Assembly: GCA_005893275.1 (NCBI GenBank)
Contig: VBOW01000013.1
Coordinates: 69,387-133,386, forward strand
Direction of reading: 5' to 3'
DNA: 64,000 nt
Source of the DNA: Candidatus Eiseniibacteriota bacterium
Lineage (GTDB): Bacteria; Eisenbacteria; RBG-16-71-46; SZUA-252
Shown in pieces: positions 35,070-45,636 of this stretch; within the stretch, counting starts at the first letter, position 1, and each line of letters begins with the position of its first letter. The position numbers and the translations under genes were made by a program. The notes under the pieces are model-generated. The model searched no databases, was not told the DNA's origin, and was given only the letters and a program-made list of their open reading frames with translations.

Positions 35070-35653
35070 AGCCCGAGCGCCCCGGCTTCGGCCTGGAGCG
35101 CCGACAGAACGAACGTGATGTGTTCTTCCAATGGAACGCCGAGCTCCAGCGCGCCCTGCTCGATCTCCTCGCGATTCACGGATCGCGCGAAGCTCCGCGT
35201 GCGCATCTTCTTCATCACCGAGTCGGGAGACACCTCCCCGAGCTTCTTGTTCGGCTGGACGAGCGCGGTCGCGGTGATGAGCCCGCACAGCTCGTCCACG
35301 GCGAAGAGGGCCTTCGCCATCGGCGTCACCCGGGGCGTTCCTGTGTAGCTCGCATGACCCAGGATCGCCTCGATCATGGACTCGGGGTAGCCCCGCTCGC
35401 GAAGAACGCCGCATCCGAACCGCGGATGATCCTCGGGGGTCGGATGCTTCTCGTAATCGAAATCGTGGAGGAGCCCCGTCGCGCCCCAAAGCTCCGGATC
35501 CTCACCGAATCGCTTCGCGTAAGCCCGCATCACGGATTCGACCGCAAGAGCGTGCTTTCGCAGACCCGGTCCCTCGGTGTGCTTGTGGAGGAGGGCCAGG
35601 ATCTCGTCGCGGGGCGGGAGCCCGTTTCTTGTTTGGGTCTCGTGTCGGCTCAT
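35066..35653 (-). CDS. HD-domain metal-dependent phosphohydrolase
   Basis: LRKHALAVESVMRAYAKRFG...GLLHDFDYEK (H...HD motif), GHASYTG. 196 aa. Confidence 0.75.
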   Translation of the reverse strand: MSRHETQTRNGLPPRDEILALLHKHTEGPGLRKHALAVESVMRAYAKRFGEDPELWGATGLLHDFDYEKHPTPEDHPRFGCGVLRERGYPESMIEAILGHASYTGTPRVTPMAKALFAVDELCGLITATALVQPNKKLGEVSPDSVMKKMRTRSFARSVNREEIEQGALELGVPLEEHITFVLSALQAEAGALGL

Positions 35654-35730
35654 TGTGTAGCGCGGAACGCGCGCAGGAATGGTATGCTTTTCGCCTGCGT
35701 TCGACAACCGCTCCCTCTCGTGAAACCAGA

Positions 35731-37299
35731 ATGGAGGTGCCCGTGCGCCGCGTCCGGCTCGTTCTCTTTGCGTTGCTCCTGCTCGTCCCTGGCTCCGCGC
35801 CCGCCGATGAGGGCCACCATCACGAAGCGGTGCCACCCGAGAAGCTCGGAGCCGTGCACTTCTGGATCAGCGCGAGGCCGTCCGTTCAGCGCGATTTCAA
35901 TCGCGCGGTGGCCCTCCTGCATTCCTTCGAGTACGAGCAAGCCGAGAAGGCATTCAGGAGCATCGTGCAGGCGGAGCCGCGCCTCGGGATGGGATATTGG
36001 GGCATCGCCATGTCCAACTACCACCCCATCTGGGGACCAAGCACGGGCGTGGAGCTGGAGCGGGGCCGCGTCGCCGCGGCGAAGGCCGCGAGGCTGGGGG
36101 CGAGGACCGACCGGGAGCGGAGCTATATCGCCGCGATTGGCGCGTACTACAGGGGCGTGAAGCCCGATTTTCCCGCGCGCAAGGCGGCGTTTGAGAAAGC
36201 GATGGAGCGCCTCCACGGGCGCTATCCGGACGACCTGGAGGGCACGGTCTTTTACGCCCTCGCGATCCTGGGCACGGCCCCGACGACCGACAAGACCTAT
36301 GCCAAACAGAGGAAAGCGGCAGATCTCCTGAACTCGGTCTTATCGAAGGCGCCCGATCACCCCGGCATCGCCCACTACCTGATCCATAGCCTGGACTATC
36401 CGGAGCTTGCCAATCTCGCGCTGCCGGCCGCGCGGGCCTACTCCAAGATCGCGCCCTCGGCGCCGCACGCACAGCACATGCCGTCTCACATCTTCACACG
36501 GCTCGGGTTCTGGGAAGAGTCGATCCAATCGAACCTCGCGTCGGCGCAAGCTTCGCGGGAGCTGATGGCAAAGACGAATCCTGGATCGACGTACTTCGAG
36601 GAACTCCACGCGATGGACTACCTCGAGTACGCGTACCTCCAGCTCGGGCAGGAGGACAAGGCCAAGGGCGTCGTTGACGCGATGGCCGCCGTCTCCAAGG
36701 TGAATCAGCCGACCCTTTCCGCGGCGTACGCCTTCGCCGCCTCTCCGGCGCGCTACGCGCTCGAGCGTCGCCAATGGGCCGAGGCGAAACAGTTGACCGT
36801 GAGTCCGGAGTGGTTCCCGTGGAATCAGTTCCCAGGGGCGGAGGCGGTTACTCACTTCGCGCGCGGCATCGGCGCGGCCCGCTCCGGAGATGTGGAGATC
36901 GCCCGGGTGGAGTTGGAGAAGCTGGACGCCCTCCACGAAAAACTCGTCGGCGCGAAGGAGGGTTACAACTGGGCCGATCAGGTAGAGGTACAGAGGCTCG
37001 CGGTCAAAGGATGGGTCGCGCGCGCGGAGAAGCTGGACGACGAGGCTGTGCGCGACCTGCGCTCGGCGGCCGACCTCGAGGACTCGATCGACAAGCACCC
37101 CGTGACCCCGGGCGCGATCCTCCCCGCGCGCGAGCAGCTTGCCGACCTGCTCATGGACCTGAACCGGGATGCGGACGCGGTGGCGGAGTACGAAGCCGTC
37201 CTGAAGAGCGCGCCCGGCCGGAAAAACAGCGTCCACGGGCTGGAGATCGCGAAGCGGGGAACCTCCTCCGCTACAGATCCTTCTTCATTATCACGGTAG
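35731..37299 (+). CDS. Secreted TPR-like helical-repeat protein of unknown function
   Basis: Signal peptide VRLVLFALLLLVPGSAPA, His-rich DEGHHHE, all-helical repeats, conserved-looking HAQHMPSHIF block. Confidence 0.55.
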   Translation: MEVPVRRVRLVLFALLLLVPGSAPADEGHHHEAVPPEKLGAVHFWISARPSVQRDFNRAVALLHSFEYEQAEKAFRSIVQAEPRLGMGYWGIAMSNYHPIWGPSTGVELERGRVAAAKAARLGARTDRERSYIAAIGAYYRGVKPDFPARKAAFEKAMERLHGRYPDDLEGTVFYALAILGTAPTTDKTYAKQRKAADLLNSVLSKAPDHPGIAHYLIHSLDYPELANLALPAARAYSKIAPSAPHAQHMPSHIFTRLGFWEESIQSNLASAQASRELMAKTNPGSTYFEELHAMDYLEYAYLQLGQEDKAKGVVDAMAAVSKVNQPTLSAAYAFAASPARYALERRQWAEAKQLTVSPEWFPWNQFPGAEAVTHFARGIGAARSGDVEIARVELEKLDALHEKLVGAKEGYNWADQVEVQRLAVKGWVARAEKLDDEAVRDLRSAADLEDSIDKHPVTPGAILPAREQLADLLMDLNRDADAVAEYEAVLKSAPGRKNSVHGLEIAKRGTSSATDPSSLSR

Positions 37300-37810
37300 C
37301 GGTCAGCTGGGTCAGGGTCTCGGTGCCCTGGATCGGAAAGCCCGTACCGTTGAAGATGATCCGCAGTCCGACCTTCGCGCGGTCGTGGGTCAGGACCTCG
37401 GCCAGTGCGGGGGATGCGTCGATGTGGGTGCTCACGTTCGTGATCTGTCCCGCGAGAAGCTGGAAGGGGATATCCGCGATCGGCGTGGTCGTGAAGGGAT
37501 CGGCCGAATCGGCGGCCGCGAAGTAGATCAGCACCTCGCCGGTGGCGGCGCCGCTCGTGTTGTCGAAGGTGGCCGCGACGTCGAGGCTCGCGGACATGAC
37601 GCGGGTCACGTCGCTCACGCCCTGGAGCAGGTTCAGGCTGTCGGAGAAGACCTCGACCGTGTCGCTGGGGGTCGGAGGGATGGGTCCGTAGTTGACGGTG
37701 CGGCTGCCCGGATCCATGAAGCTCAGGATGTCGACCGTGAGAATCAGGTTCCTGTTTCCGCACCCCACGAGGAGCGGCAGCAGGAGCGCGATGGGGATCA
37801 GTCGGCGCAC
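37271..37810 (-). CDS. Lipoprotein of unknown function
   Basis: Lipobox LLPLLVGC. Beta-rich 160-aa body. 10-nt gap after the upstream beta-barrel gene. Confidence 0.55.
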   Translation of the reverse strand: MRRLIPIALLLPLLVGCGNRNLILTVDILSFMDPGSRTVNYGPIPPTPSDTVEVFSDSLNLLQGVSDVTRVMSASLDVAATFDNTSGAATGEVLIYFAAADSADPFTTTPIADIPFQLLAGQITNVSTHIDASPALAEVLTHDRAKVGLRIIFNGTGFPIQGTETLTQLTATVIMKKDL

Positions 37811-37820
37811 GGTAGGCCCC

Positions 37821-39179
37821 CTAGTACAAAGAGAGCGAGGCGGAAAGCTCGGCTCCGCGCTCGCGTTCGATGTTGCGGCTGTTGGTGGCGATGGCGAGAT
37901 CGATCCCGATCTTCCCGAGACGGTAGCCCGCGCCTCCGGCGAACTGCGCCATCTTGTTCTGATCTCGCGAGAGGCCGCTCCGTAGCGCGAGCATCCCGAA
38001 CCAGAACTCCGCCCCCGCGTGCATCGAGGTGCGGAAGTCCCCGTTCACGATATCCGCCGCGATCGTCGTCCGCCCGACGCGCTTGGCGACGTTCACGGTC
38101 GTCGTGACCGGGATGCGGCTCACGAGCCGTTCGCCGCTCGCAACCTCGGTGGTCGTGAATTCGTTCGTCGCGTCGTCGTAGGAGTGGCGGCGCACCGTGG
38201 TGTTCCACCGGATCTGGCTGCCGAAGTCGTTCAGCCCGACCCCCAATTCGAAGCTCCGCCAGTAGAGCACGGCGCCCACGTCGGAGCCGATCCCGCTCCC
38301 CATGCCGCCGTCCCCGCCCGCGACCGCGTGGCGCGTCCGGGTATCCATGTCGATCGTTACGGGATTGCTGCGGGCAAAGAGGGTGTCACCCGTCGTGGCT
38401 CCGGCGATCGAGTGCGCGTCGCCGTAGGCGAGGCCGAGCAGGTATTTCGGCGCGGCGCCCAGGTAGAGGGAGGTCGAACCGTTCCGCCGTGGATCGGGAT
38501 TCTGGCTCTCCTCCTGCGAGTCACGGTGCAGCGCCCGGAGGGCGTAGCCGGCCTGGAAGGAGATCGCGGCCTGCGCGCGTCCTTCGTCCGTCAGCCCGTA
38601 GCGGGTGTTCCCCGTGAACGGGACCGCGTCCCGCAGCGCGTCGCGGAGCTCGTCGCTCAGGGTGAGCTCGTTCTTCACGTGGATGAGAGGCGACACGTTC
38701 AGAAAGATCTTCCCGAAGCTCTTTCCGAAGCCGCCGATGTGGAAGACGCCGCCCTGCTTCATCGAGTTCGCCGGGATCACGCGCTTCACGTCGGCCAGAT
38801 CGATTTGCAGAGAGTCCTGCGCGACGAAGATGGAAATGTCGCCCGAGACCTCGTCCGGCTGCCAGAGCTTGATCGTGAGCGGTGGGTTCAGGAATACGTT
38901 CGCGACCTCGTAGAGGTTGAACGTGGAGTCCTTCGAGTCGAACGTGGGGTGATCGGCCAGGTACTGGATGAGGCCCAGGGGCAGGGGAATCGAGCCGGAG
39001 CCGCCCGCGCCTTTCGGCACCGCGCGGAAGGCAATGTTCGAGCCGCTGTAGTCTCCCACGTCGCTCGTCACCACGCCGCCCATCCCGAGCCGGCGGGCGT
39101 CGAGCATCTGCCCACGGGCCACGCCGCACGGAAGACTCAACCCAAGCATCAAGAGTACGAAGCAACCCATTCGAAACAT
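37821..39179 (-). CDS. Outer-membrane beta-barrel protein (FadL/PorV-like N-terminal motif)
   Basis: ATG 39179 (MFRMGCFVLLMLGLSLPCGVARG) with GAGGG upstream. DARRLGMGGVVTSD motif near the N-terminus. C-terminal ...LSASLSLY aromatic terminus. Confidence 0.5.
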   Translation of the reverse strand: MFRMGCFVLLMLGLSLPCGVARGQMLDARRLGMGGVVTSDVGDYSGSNIAFRAVPKGAGGSGSIPLPLGLIQYLADHPTFDSKDSTFNLYEVANVFLNPPLTIKLWQPDEVSGDISIFVAQDSLQIDLADVKRVIPANSMKQGGVFHIGGFGKSFGKIFLNVSPLIHVKNELTLSDELRDALRDAVPFTGNTRYGLTDEGRAQAAISFQAGYALRALHRDSQEESQNPDPRRNGSTSLYLGAAPKYLLGLAYGDAHSIAGATTGDTLFARSNPVTIDMDTRTRHAVAGGDGGMGSGIGSDVGAVLYWRSFELGVGLNDFGSQIRWNTTVRRHSYDDATNEFTTTEVASGERLVSRIPVTTTVNVAKRVGRTTIAADIVNGDFRTSMHAGAEFWFGMLALRSGLSRDQNKMAQFAGGAGYRLGKIGIDLAIATNSRNIERERGAELSASLSLY

Positions 39180-39392
39180 GGAACTTATCCCTCGGCCCCA
39201 CCCGACGGCTGAACCCACTTTGCCAGCCATGTATCTGAGGAGTCATCGGCATCGACGGGCGCGTCTTGAGGGGGACGTCGTTTGACCCCCCGGCCCGGCG
39301 TGTGATAGCCTTCAGTCGCTTGAAATCGCGGCAGTTAGGCATTTCATCGCGACCTCAGTAATCCATCCGCGGACGAGGCTCACCCAACCACG

Positions 39393-42029
39393 ATGAGTGA
39401 AATCGAGCTGTCGAAGGTCTACGACCACACCGAGGCCGAGCGCCGGTGGTACGACCATTGGCTGGACCGCGGCTACTTCCGCCCGCGCGACGGCGAGGGA
39501 CCTTCTTTCGTCACGCTGATCCCCCCGCCGAATGTGACGGGCAGCCTCACCATCGGCCACGCGTTCAATCACACGCTCCAGGACGTGCTCGCTCGCTGGC
39601 AGCGCATGACCGGCGTGCCGACTCTCTGGCTTCCCGGCACCGACCACGCCGGGATCGCGACCCAAAACGTCGTCGAGCGGGAGCTCGCCGAGGAGGGGAA
39701 GACGCGCCACGATCTGGGACGCGAGGCTTTCTTGGACGTGGTGTGGAAGTGGAAAGAGCACTACCACGAGCGCATCACGGCTCAAATGCGACGAATCGGC
39801 GACTCGGTGGACTGGTCGCGCGAGCGCTTCACGATGGACCAAGGGCTCTCGCGGGCGGTGCGCGAGGTCTTCGTGTGCCTCTACAAGAAGGGGCTGATCT
39901 ACCGCGGCAACCGAATCATCAATTGGTGCCCTCGCTGCCTGACGGCGCTTTCCGACGAGGAAGTGGATCACCGGGAGACGGAGGGGAAGCTCTATCACCT
40001 GATGTATCCGATCAAGGGGACCCAGAAGCACATCGTGGTCGCGACCACACGCCCGGAAACGATGCTGGGAGACGTGGCGGTCGCGGTCCATCCCAAGGAC
40101 AAGCGCTACGCCCCGCTCCGGGGCAAGACCGCGATCCTGCCTTTCTTGCGCCGCGAGATCCCGATCATCTTCGACGAGTCGGTCGATCCCAAGTTCGGCA
40201 CCGGCGCCGTGAAGGTGACCCCGGCGCACGATCCGAACGACTTCGAGCTGGGCCAGCGGCACGGGCTGACCCCGATCGTCGTGATGGATCCGTCCGCCAC
40301 GATGAACGAAAACGCCGGAGACTTCCGCGGCTTGAGCCGCGAGGAGGCGCGCGCCCGGATCGTCGAGGCGCTGGAAGACCGGGGCCTGCTGGCGCGGGTG
40401 GAGCCCCACCGCTATGCGATCGGGCATTGCCAGCGCTGCGACTCCGTCGTGGAGCCGTATCTATCGCTGCAGTGGTTCGTGTCCATGAAGCCGCTCGCGA
40501 AGCCCGCGCTCGAAGCGATCGACAAGGGCGACCTCACGATCCTTCCGCGCCGCTGGGAGAAGGTCTACGTGCGGTGGCTCGAAGGGATCCGCGACTGGTG
40601 CATCTCGCGCCAGCTCTGGTGGGGGCACCGGATCCCGGTGTGGACCTGCGCGGGCTGCTCGGAGGCGATCGTCGAAGTGGACGCGCCGTCCCGCTGCCCC
40701 AAGTGCGGCGGCTCCGAATTGAAGCAGGACGAAGACGTGCTGGACACATGGTTCTCCTCCTGGCTCTGGCCCTTTTCGACGCTCGGCTGGCCCGAAGAGA
40801 CCGAGGACCTGAAGCGCTTCTACCCATCGAGCGTTCTCATCACCGGGCCGGACATCATCTTCTTCTGGGTGGCCCGGATGGTCATGGCGGGATACGAGTT
40901 CATGGGGCGCGCTCCCTTCCCGGTGGTTTATCTGCACGGGATCGTCCGCGACGCGCAGGGCCGAAAGATGTCGAAGTCGCTCGGGAATTCGGCCGATCCG
41001 ATCGAGATCGCCGAGAAGTACGGCGCCGACTCGCTCCGGCTCACGCTGCTGCTTCTCTCGCCTCAAGGCTCCGACATCCATTTCTCCGAGGAGCGGGTGG
41101 ACTTAGGACGGCATTTCGCGAACAAGCTCTGGAACGCGTTCCGGCTCGTCGCCCCGTACCTCAAGGGCTATACGCCCGACGAGCAAGCGGCGCGTCCGTT
41201 CCTGACGGACGCGGATCATTGGATCCTGAGCGTGCTCGGAACGACCGTTCGTCAGGTGACCAGAAATCTCAGGACCTACCGCATCGGTGACGCCGCCAAG
41301 GACATCTACGATTTCACCTGGCGCGAGCTGTGCGACTGGTATCTCGAGATGGCGAAGCCGCGCCTCTACGCGGGAGCCGATGCGCCGGGCGCCCAGGCGG
41401 TGCGCTTCACGGCCCAGCGCGTGTTCGGGACGGTGCTGAGGCTTCTGCATCCCTTCATGCCGTTTCTCTCCGAGGAGCTCTGGCACGCCCTTCCGGGCAC
41501 GGAGGGGGATGTCTGCGTGGCGGAGTGGCCGGCACCGGCGCGCACCGCAAACAAGGAGGCCGAAGCGAAGATCGAGCTCCTGAAAGAGGTGGTGGGGGCG
41601 ATTCGGAATCTCCGTTCGGAGATGAACATCGCGCCAGCGCGGAAGACGCCGGTCCTGATCCGCGCCACCGGTCCGGAGTCGGACCTCATTCGCGACCAGG
41701 CGGACATGATCACCCTCCTGGGCAAGGCGGAGCGTCTGGAGGTGAGCGCCACGTTGAAGAAGCCCGCGGTGTCCGCATCCACCGTGGTACGGGGTCACGA
41801 GATCTTTCTGCCCCTCGAGGGGTTGATCGACGTGGAGACCGAGCGGAAGCGCCTCGAGAGGGAGCTGGGCAAGGTCATGCGGGACTTCGACCAATCAATG
41901 CGCAAGCTCCAGAACGAGGACTTCCTGGGCAAGGCGAAAAAGGACGTCGTGGAGCGCGAGCGCACGCGCCTTGAATCGCTGGGCGCGACGAAGGAGAAAC
42001 TGGAACGGAACCTCGAGGTGCTGCGGTGA
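39393..42029 (+). CDS. valS: Valine--tRNA ligase
   Basis: PPPNVTGSLTIGHA (HIGH), KMSKSLGN (KMSKS), C-terminal coiled coil. 878 aa. Confidence 0.97.
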   Translation: MSEIELSKVYDHTEAERRWYDHWLDRGYFRPRDGEGPSFVTLIPPPNVTGSLTIGHAFNHTLQDVLARWQRMTGVPTLWLPGTDHAGIATQNVVERELAEEGKTRHDLGREAFLDVVWKWKEHYHERITAQMRRIGDSVDWSRERFTMDQGLSRAVREVFVCLYKKGLIYRGNRIINWCPRCLTALSDEEVDHRETEGKLYHLMYPIKGTQKHIVVATTRPETMLGDVAVAVHPKDKRYAPLRGKTAILPFLRREIPIIFDESVDPKFGTGAVKVTPAHDPNDFELGQRHGLTPIVVMDPSATMNENAGDFRGLSREEARARIVEALEDRGLLARVEPHRYAIGHCQRCDSVVEPYLSLQWFVSMKPLAKPALEAIDKGDLTILPRRWEKVYVRWLEGIRDWCISRQLWWGHRIPVWTCAGCSEAIVEVDAPSRCPKCGGSELKQDEDVLDTWFSSWLWPFSTLGWPEETEDLKRFYPSSVLITGPDIIFFWVARMVMAGYEFMGRAPFPVVYLHGIVRDAQGRKMSKSLGNSADPIEIAEKYGADSLRLTLLLLSPQGSDIHFSEERVDLGRHFANKLWNAFRLVAPYLKGYTPDEQAARPFLTDADHWILSVLGTTVRQVTRNLRTYRIGDAAKDIYDFTWRELCDWYLEMAKPRLYAGADAPGAQAVRFTAQRVFGTVLRLLHPFMPFLSEELWHALPGTEGDVCVAEWPAPARTANKEAEAKIELLKEVVGAIRNLRSEMNIAPARKTPVLIRATGPESDLIRDQADMITLLGKAERLEVSATLKKPAVSASTVVRGHEIFLPLEGLIDVETERKRLERELGKVMRDFDQSMRKLQNEDFLGKAKKDVVERERTRLESLGATKEKLERNLEVLR

Positions 42030-43456
42030 GGTCCGCGATCCGTCCCTCGGGGCGGTTCCGAGCGGCGCTCGCGGTGTGGACCGCGTGCGCGTGGGCGTGC
42101 GGGTACGCGGGCCTTGCCTCCGGAGCGCCGCCGAAGCGGGAACCCCTGACGGCGCAGGCCGACCCCGTCGGCCGGGACGTGGCGGTCACCGTGTACAAGG
42201 ACAACGTCGGAGTCGTCAAGGATCGCCGGAAGGTTGCGGTGCCCGCCGGCGAATCGGATCTCAGGTTCGCCGAGGTTGCGTCGAGCATGGATCCGACCTC
42301 CGTGCACTTGCGCTCCCTGGGGAGGGCCGACGTTCAGATTCTCTGGCAGGACTACCGGTACGACCTGGCGAGCACCGACAAGCTGCTCGAGAAGTACGTC
42401 GATCAGCCCATCGAGATCGCGACCAAGGACGAGCAGGTGAAAGGCGGGACCCTCCTCGCGTACGACCCGATGTCGCTCGTGATTCAGACCGGGGGCGGCG
42501 CGATTGCGCTCGTGACCCGCGCGGAGGTGCGGCAAGTAGGGCTCCGCGAGCTTCCAACAGGCTTGATCACACGCCCGACTCTGCTCTGGCGGGTCCGCGC
42601 GCCGAACGGCGGAGAGCGCGAGCTCGAGGTGTCCTACCTGACGGGCGGCATGGACTGGCACGCGGAATACGTTGCGGTCCTGGAGGAGGACGGATCCAGC
42701 CTCGAGCTTTCGGGCTGGGCTTCGGTCGAAAACCGTTCGGGGGCGACGTACGACAACGCGAAGCTCAAGCTCATCGCCGGGACCATCCACCGGGCCTCCA
42801 TGCCGCGCCCGATTCCCTACCTGGAAGGGATTCGGGCCATGGCCAAACAGGAGGCGGAGGTGCAGGAACGCGGGTTTTTCGAATACCACCTCTACGAGCT
42901 GCCCCAGCGGGCGACGCTCGCGAACAACGAGGTGAAGCAGGTTGGATTGTTCCACGCCTCCGGCGTCCGCTCGATTCGGAAATTCACCTACGACGGCTCC
43001 TTGGACGGCAGCCAGGTCCAGGTCCGGATGGAATTTCAGAACGATGCGCCCTCCGGACTCGGCATGCCCCTCCCGGAGGGGGTTGTGCGGGTCTTCCAGC
43101 GTGATACGGACGGCTCGCTGGAGATGGTGGGGGAGGACCGCATCCAACATACGGCGAAGAACCAGACGGTCCGGGTTTCGGTGGGCTCCGCCTTCGACAT
43201 CGCGGCCGAGCGCAAGCAGACCGACTTTCGGCAGATCAGCTCGAAGGTGAGCGAGTCCTCCTATGAGATCACGCTCACCAGCCACAGGAAGGAAGCGGTG
43301 GAAGTTATCGTGACCGAGCACGGGGACGGTCACTGGGAAATCGTGAAATCCACCGCGCCGCATCAGAAGAAGGACTCGCGGACCTTCGAATTCAGGGCTC
43401 GATGCGAACCCGAGAAGCCGTTCACGGTCGCGTACACGATCCGGGCGCAGGCGTGA
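42026..43456 (+). CDS. DUF4139 domain protein (MuiA-like), secreted
   Basis: N-terminal signal-like [36 protein letters not shown]...[17 protein letters not shown] resembles the DUF4139 family. GTGA overlaps with both valS and uvrB. Confidence 0.65.
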   Translation: MRSAIRPSGRFRAALAVWTACAWACGYAGLASGAPPKREPLTAQADPVGRDVAVTVYKDNVGVVKDRRKVAVPAGESDLRFAEVASSMDPTSVHLRSLGRADVQILWQDYRYDLASTDKLLEKYVDQPIEIATKDEQVKGGTLLAYDPMSLVIQTGGGAIALVTRAEVRQVGLRELPTGLITRPTLLWRVRAPNGGERELEVSYLTGGMDWHAEYVAVLEEDGSSLELSGWASVENRSGATYDNAKLKLIAGTIHRASMPRPIPYLEGIRAMAKQEAEVQERGFFEYHLYELPQRATLANNEVKQVGLFHASGVRSIRKFTYDGSLDGSQVQVRMEFQNDAPSGLGMPLPEGVVRVFQRDTDGSLEMVGEDRIQHTAKNQTVRVSVGSAFDIAAERKQTDFRQISSKVSESSYEITLTSHRKEAVEVIVTEHGDGHWEIVKSTAPHQKKDSRTFEFRARCEPEKPFTVAYTIRAQA

Positions 43457-45636
43457 GCGCGGAGCGATTGCACGCTTCGGGGGCCGGGCCCCCTTCGCGC
43501 GAGGGAGGGCGCTCCGCACGCGCGGACACGTTCCCCGGCCGGGATCTGACCCCCGCCGGGTTCAAGCTGGTCGCCCCCTATCGGCCGCTGGGGGATCAAC
43601 CCCGCGCGATCGAGGAGCTGACCGAGGGACTGAAGCGCGGCGACCGCTACCAGACGCTCCTGGGCGTCACCGGCTCGGGGAAAACCTTCACGATCGCCAA
43701 CGTGATTCAGGCGGCGGCCCGGCCCACGCTCGTGATCTCCCACAACAAGACCCTCGCCGCGCAGCTCTACGCGGAGTTCAAGAGCTTCTTCCCGGAGAAC
43801 GCGGTGGGCTACTTCGTCTCCTACTACGACTACTACCAGCCCGAGGCGTACGTCCCGCAGACGAATACCTACATCGAGAAGGACGCCTCCATCAACGACG
43901 ACATCGACCGTCTGCGTCTGGCCGCGACGAGCGCGCTCTTCGAGCGGCGGGACGTGATCGTGGTGGCGAGCGTTTCCTGCATCTACGGCTTGGGCTCGCC
44001 GGAAGATTTCCGTCGCGAGATGCTCCTCGTCCGGGTGGGGGATCGGATCACGCGCGATGCCATCCTGGCCCAGCTCGTCCACAACCAGTACACGCGGAAC
44101 GACTTGGACCTGAAGCGCGGGACCTTCCGCGCGCGGGGTGACGTGGTCGAGGTCCATCCTGCCTACGAAGAAACGGCGATCCGGATCGAGCTTTTCGGAG
44201 ACGACGTGGAGCGGATCGCGGTCTTCGATCCCCTCACCGGGAAGACGCTCAAGCCGATCACCACGGCGGCGATCTACCCCGCGAAGCACTTCGTTACCAC
44301 GCCGGTCCGGATCCAGGAGGGGACCCGGCTCATCCGGGAGGAGCTGACGGAGCGTCTGGAGGTGCTCCGCGCGGAGGGGAAGCTCCTCGAGGCGCAGAGG
44401 CTCAAGATGCGAACCGAATACGATCTCGAGATGCTGAACGAGATCGGCTACTGCGCCGGAATCGAGAACTACTCGCGCCCGCTTTCCGGACGGAAGCCCG
44501 GGGAGCGGCCGCAATGTCTCCTCGACTATTTCCCGGAGGATTTCCTCCTGATCGTCGACGAGTCCCACGTCACCATTCCCCAGATCGGGGGCATGTACGA
44601 AGGGGACCGCTCGCGAAAGCAGACGCTGGTCGACTACGGCTTCCGGCTCCCCTCCGCGCTCGACAATCGCCCCCTCCGGTTCGACGAGTTCGAGCGGCTC
44701 ACGGGGCAGACGATCTACGTGTCGGCGACGCCGAGCGACTACGAGCTCAAGAAATCGGGCGGCGTCATCGTGGAGCAGATCATCCGCCCGACGGGCCTCA
44801 TCGATCCCAGGATCTCGATCCGGCCGACGAAGGGTCAGATCGATGATCTTCTCGAAGAGATCAAGCGGCGCGTGGAACGTGGGGAGCGCGTGCTCGTGAC
44901 GACGCTCACGAAGAGGATGTCGGAGGACCTGACCGAGTACCTGTTCCAGGCGGGCGTGAACGTGCGCTACATCCATTCCGACATCGACGCCATCGAGCGC
45001 GTGGAGATCCTGCGCGCGCTGAGGCTTCAAAGGGTGGACGTGCTCGTGGGGATCAACCTGCTCCGGGAGGGCCTCGACCTCCCCGAAGTGTCGCTGGTCG
45101 CGATTCTGGACGCCGACAAGGAAGGATTCTTGAGATCGGAGACCTCGCTGATCCAGACCTCCGGGCGCGCGGCGCGCCACATCAACGGCGAGGTGATCCT
45201 CTACGCGGACCAGGTCACCGGTTCCATGCGGCGGGCGCTCGAGGAGATGAACCGCCGGCGCGAGGCGCAGGTCCGCTACAACGAGGCGCACGGGATCACG
45301 CCGCAGACCATCGTGAAGTCCCTCGACGAGGTGCTCCGGAGCACGACGGTGGCGGACGCGGGCACGCCGCTTGCCCCCGAGGATCTTCTTCCAAGCGACG
45401 CGCTTCGCCTGGATCGTGAATCACTGATCGAGCTGCTCGAGCGGGAGATGCTCGCTGCGGCGGCTCGCGAAGAATTCGAGGCGGCGGCGTCCCTGCGCGA
45501 CCGCCTCGACGAGCTCCGGCTTGAAGCCGGGAAGGAGCGTTCGCATGCGCCTCGAATCGATCGCCGCACCTCTGGTCCGGATCGCGTTGACCGAGGACAT
45601 CGGGGGCGGGGACGCAACGACCGAAGTCGTCATTGA
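43453..45636 (+). CDS. uvrB: Excinuclease ABC subunit B
   Basis: [26 protein letters not shown], helicase motifs, and a C-terminal UVR domain ([15 protein letters not shown]). The basic tail overlaps the nadC start. Confidence 0.95.
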   Translation: MSAERLHASGAGPPSREGGRSARADTFPGRDLTPAGFKLVAPYRPLGDQPRAIEELTEGLKRGDRYQTLLGVTGSGKTFTIANVIQAAARPTLVISHNKTLAAQLYAEFKSFFPENAVGYFVSYYDYYQPEAYVPQTNTYIEKDASINDDIDRLRLAATSALFERRDVIVVASVSCIYGLGSPEDFRREMLLVRVGDRITRDAILAQLVHNQYTRNDLDLKRGTFRARGDVVEVHPAYEETAIRIELFGDDVERIAVFDPLTGKTLKPITTAAIYPAKHFVTTPVRIQEGTRLIREELTERLEVLRAEGKLLEAQRLKMRTEYDLEMLNEIGYCAGIENYSRPLSGRKPGERPQCLLDYFPEDFLLIVDESHVTIPQIGGMYEGDRSRKQTLVDYGFRLPSALDNRPLRFDEFERLTGQTIYVSATPSDYELKKSGGVIVEQIIRPTGLIDPRISIRPTKGQIDDLLEEIKRRVERGERVLVTTLTKRMSEDLTEYLFQAGVNVRYIHSDIDAIERVEILRALRLQRVDVLVGINLLREGLDLPEVSLVAILDADKEGFLRSETSLIQTSGRAARHINGEVILYADQVTGSMRRALEEMNRRREAQVRYNEAHGITPQTIVKSLDEVLRSTTVADAGTPLAPEDLLPSDALRLDRESLIELLEREMLAAAAREEFEAAASLRDRLDELRLEAGKERSHAPRIDRRTSGPDRVDRGHRGRGRNDRSRH

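Noticed and set aside
34370-35489. Track-proposed N-terminal extensions of GT2 (to 34618) and of folE (to 35489).
   Set aside because: Both extensions overlap the upstream genes (folE and the HD gene) out of frame and lack motifs. Internal starts give 1-4 nt coupling (GTG 34369; ATG 35069 in an ATGA overlap).
39231-39392. Possible T-box or other leader RNA upstream of valS.
   Set aside because: I could see no specifier/antiterminator architecture and no conserved T-box sequence. The region more probably holds divergent promoters for valS and the beta-barrel gene.
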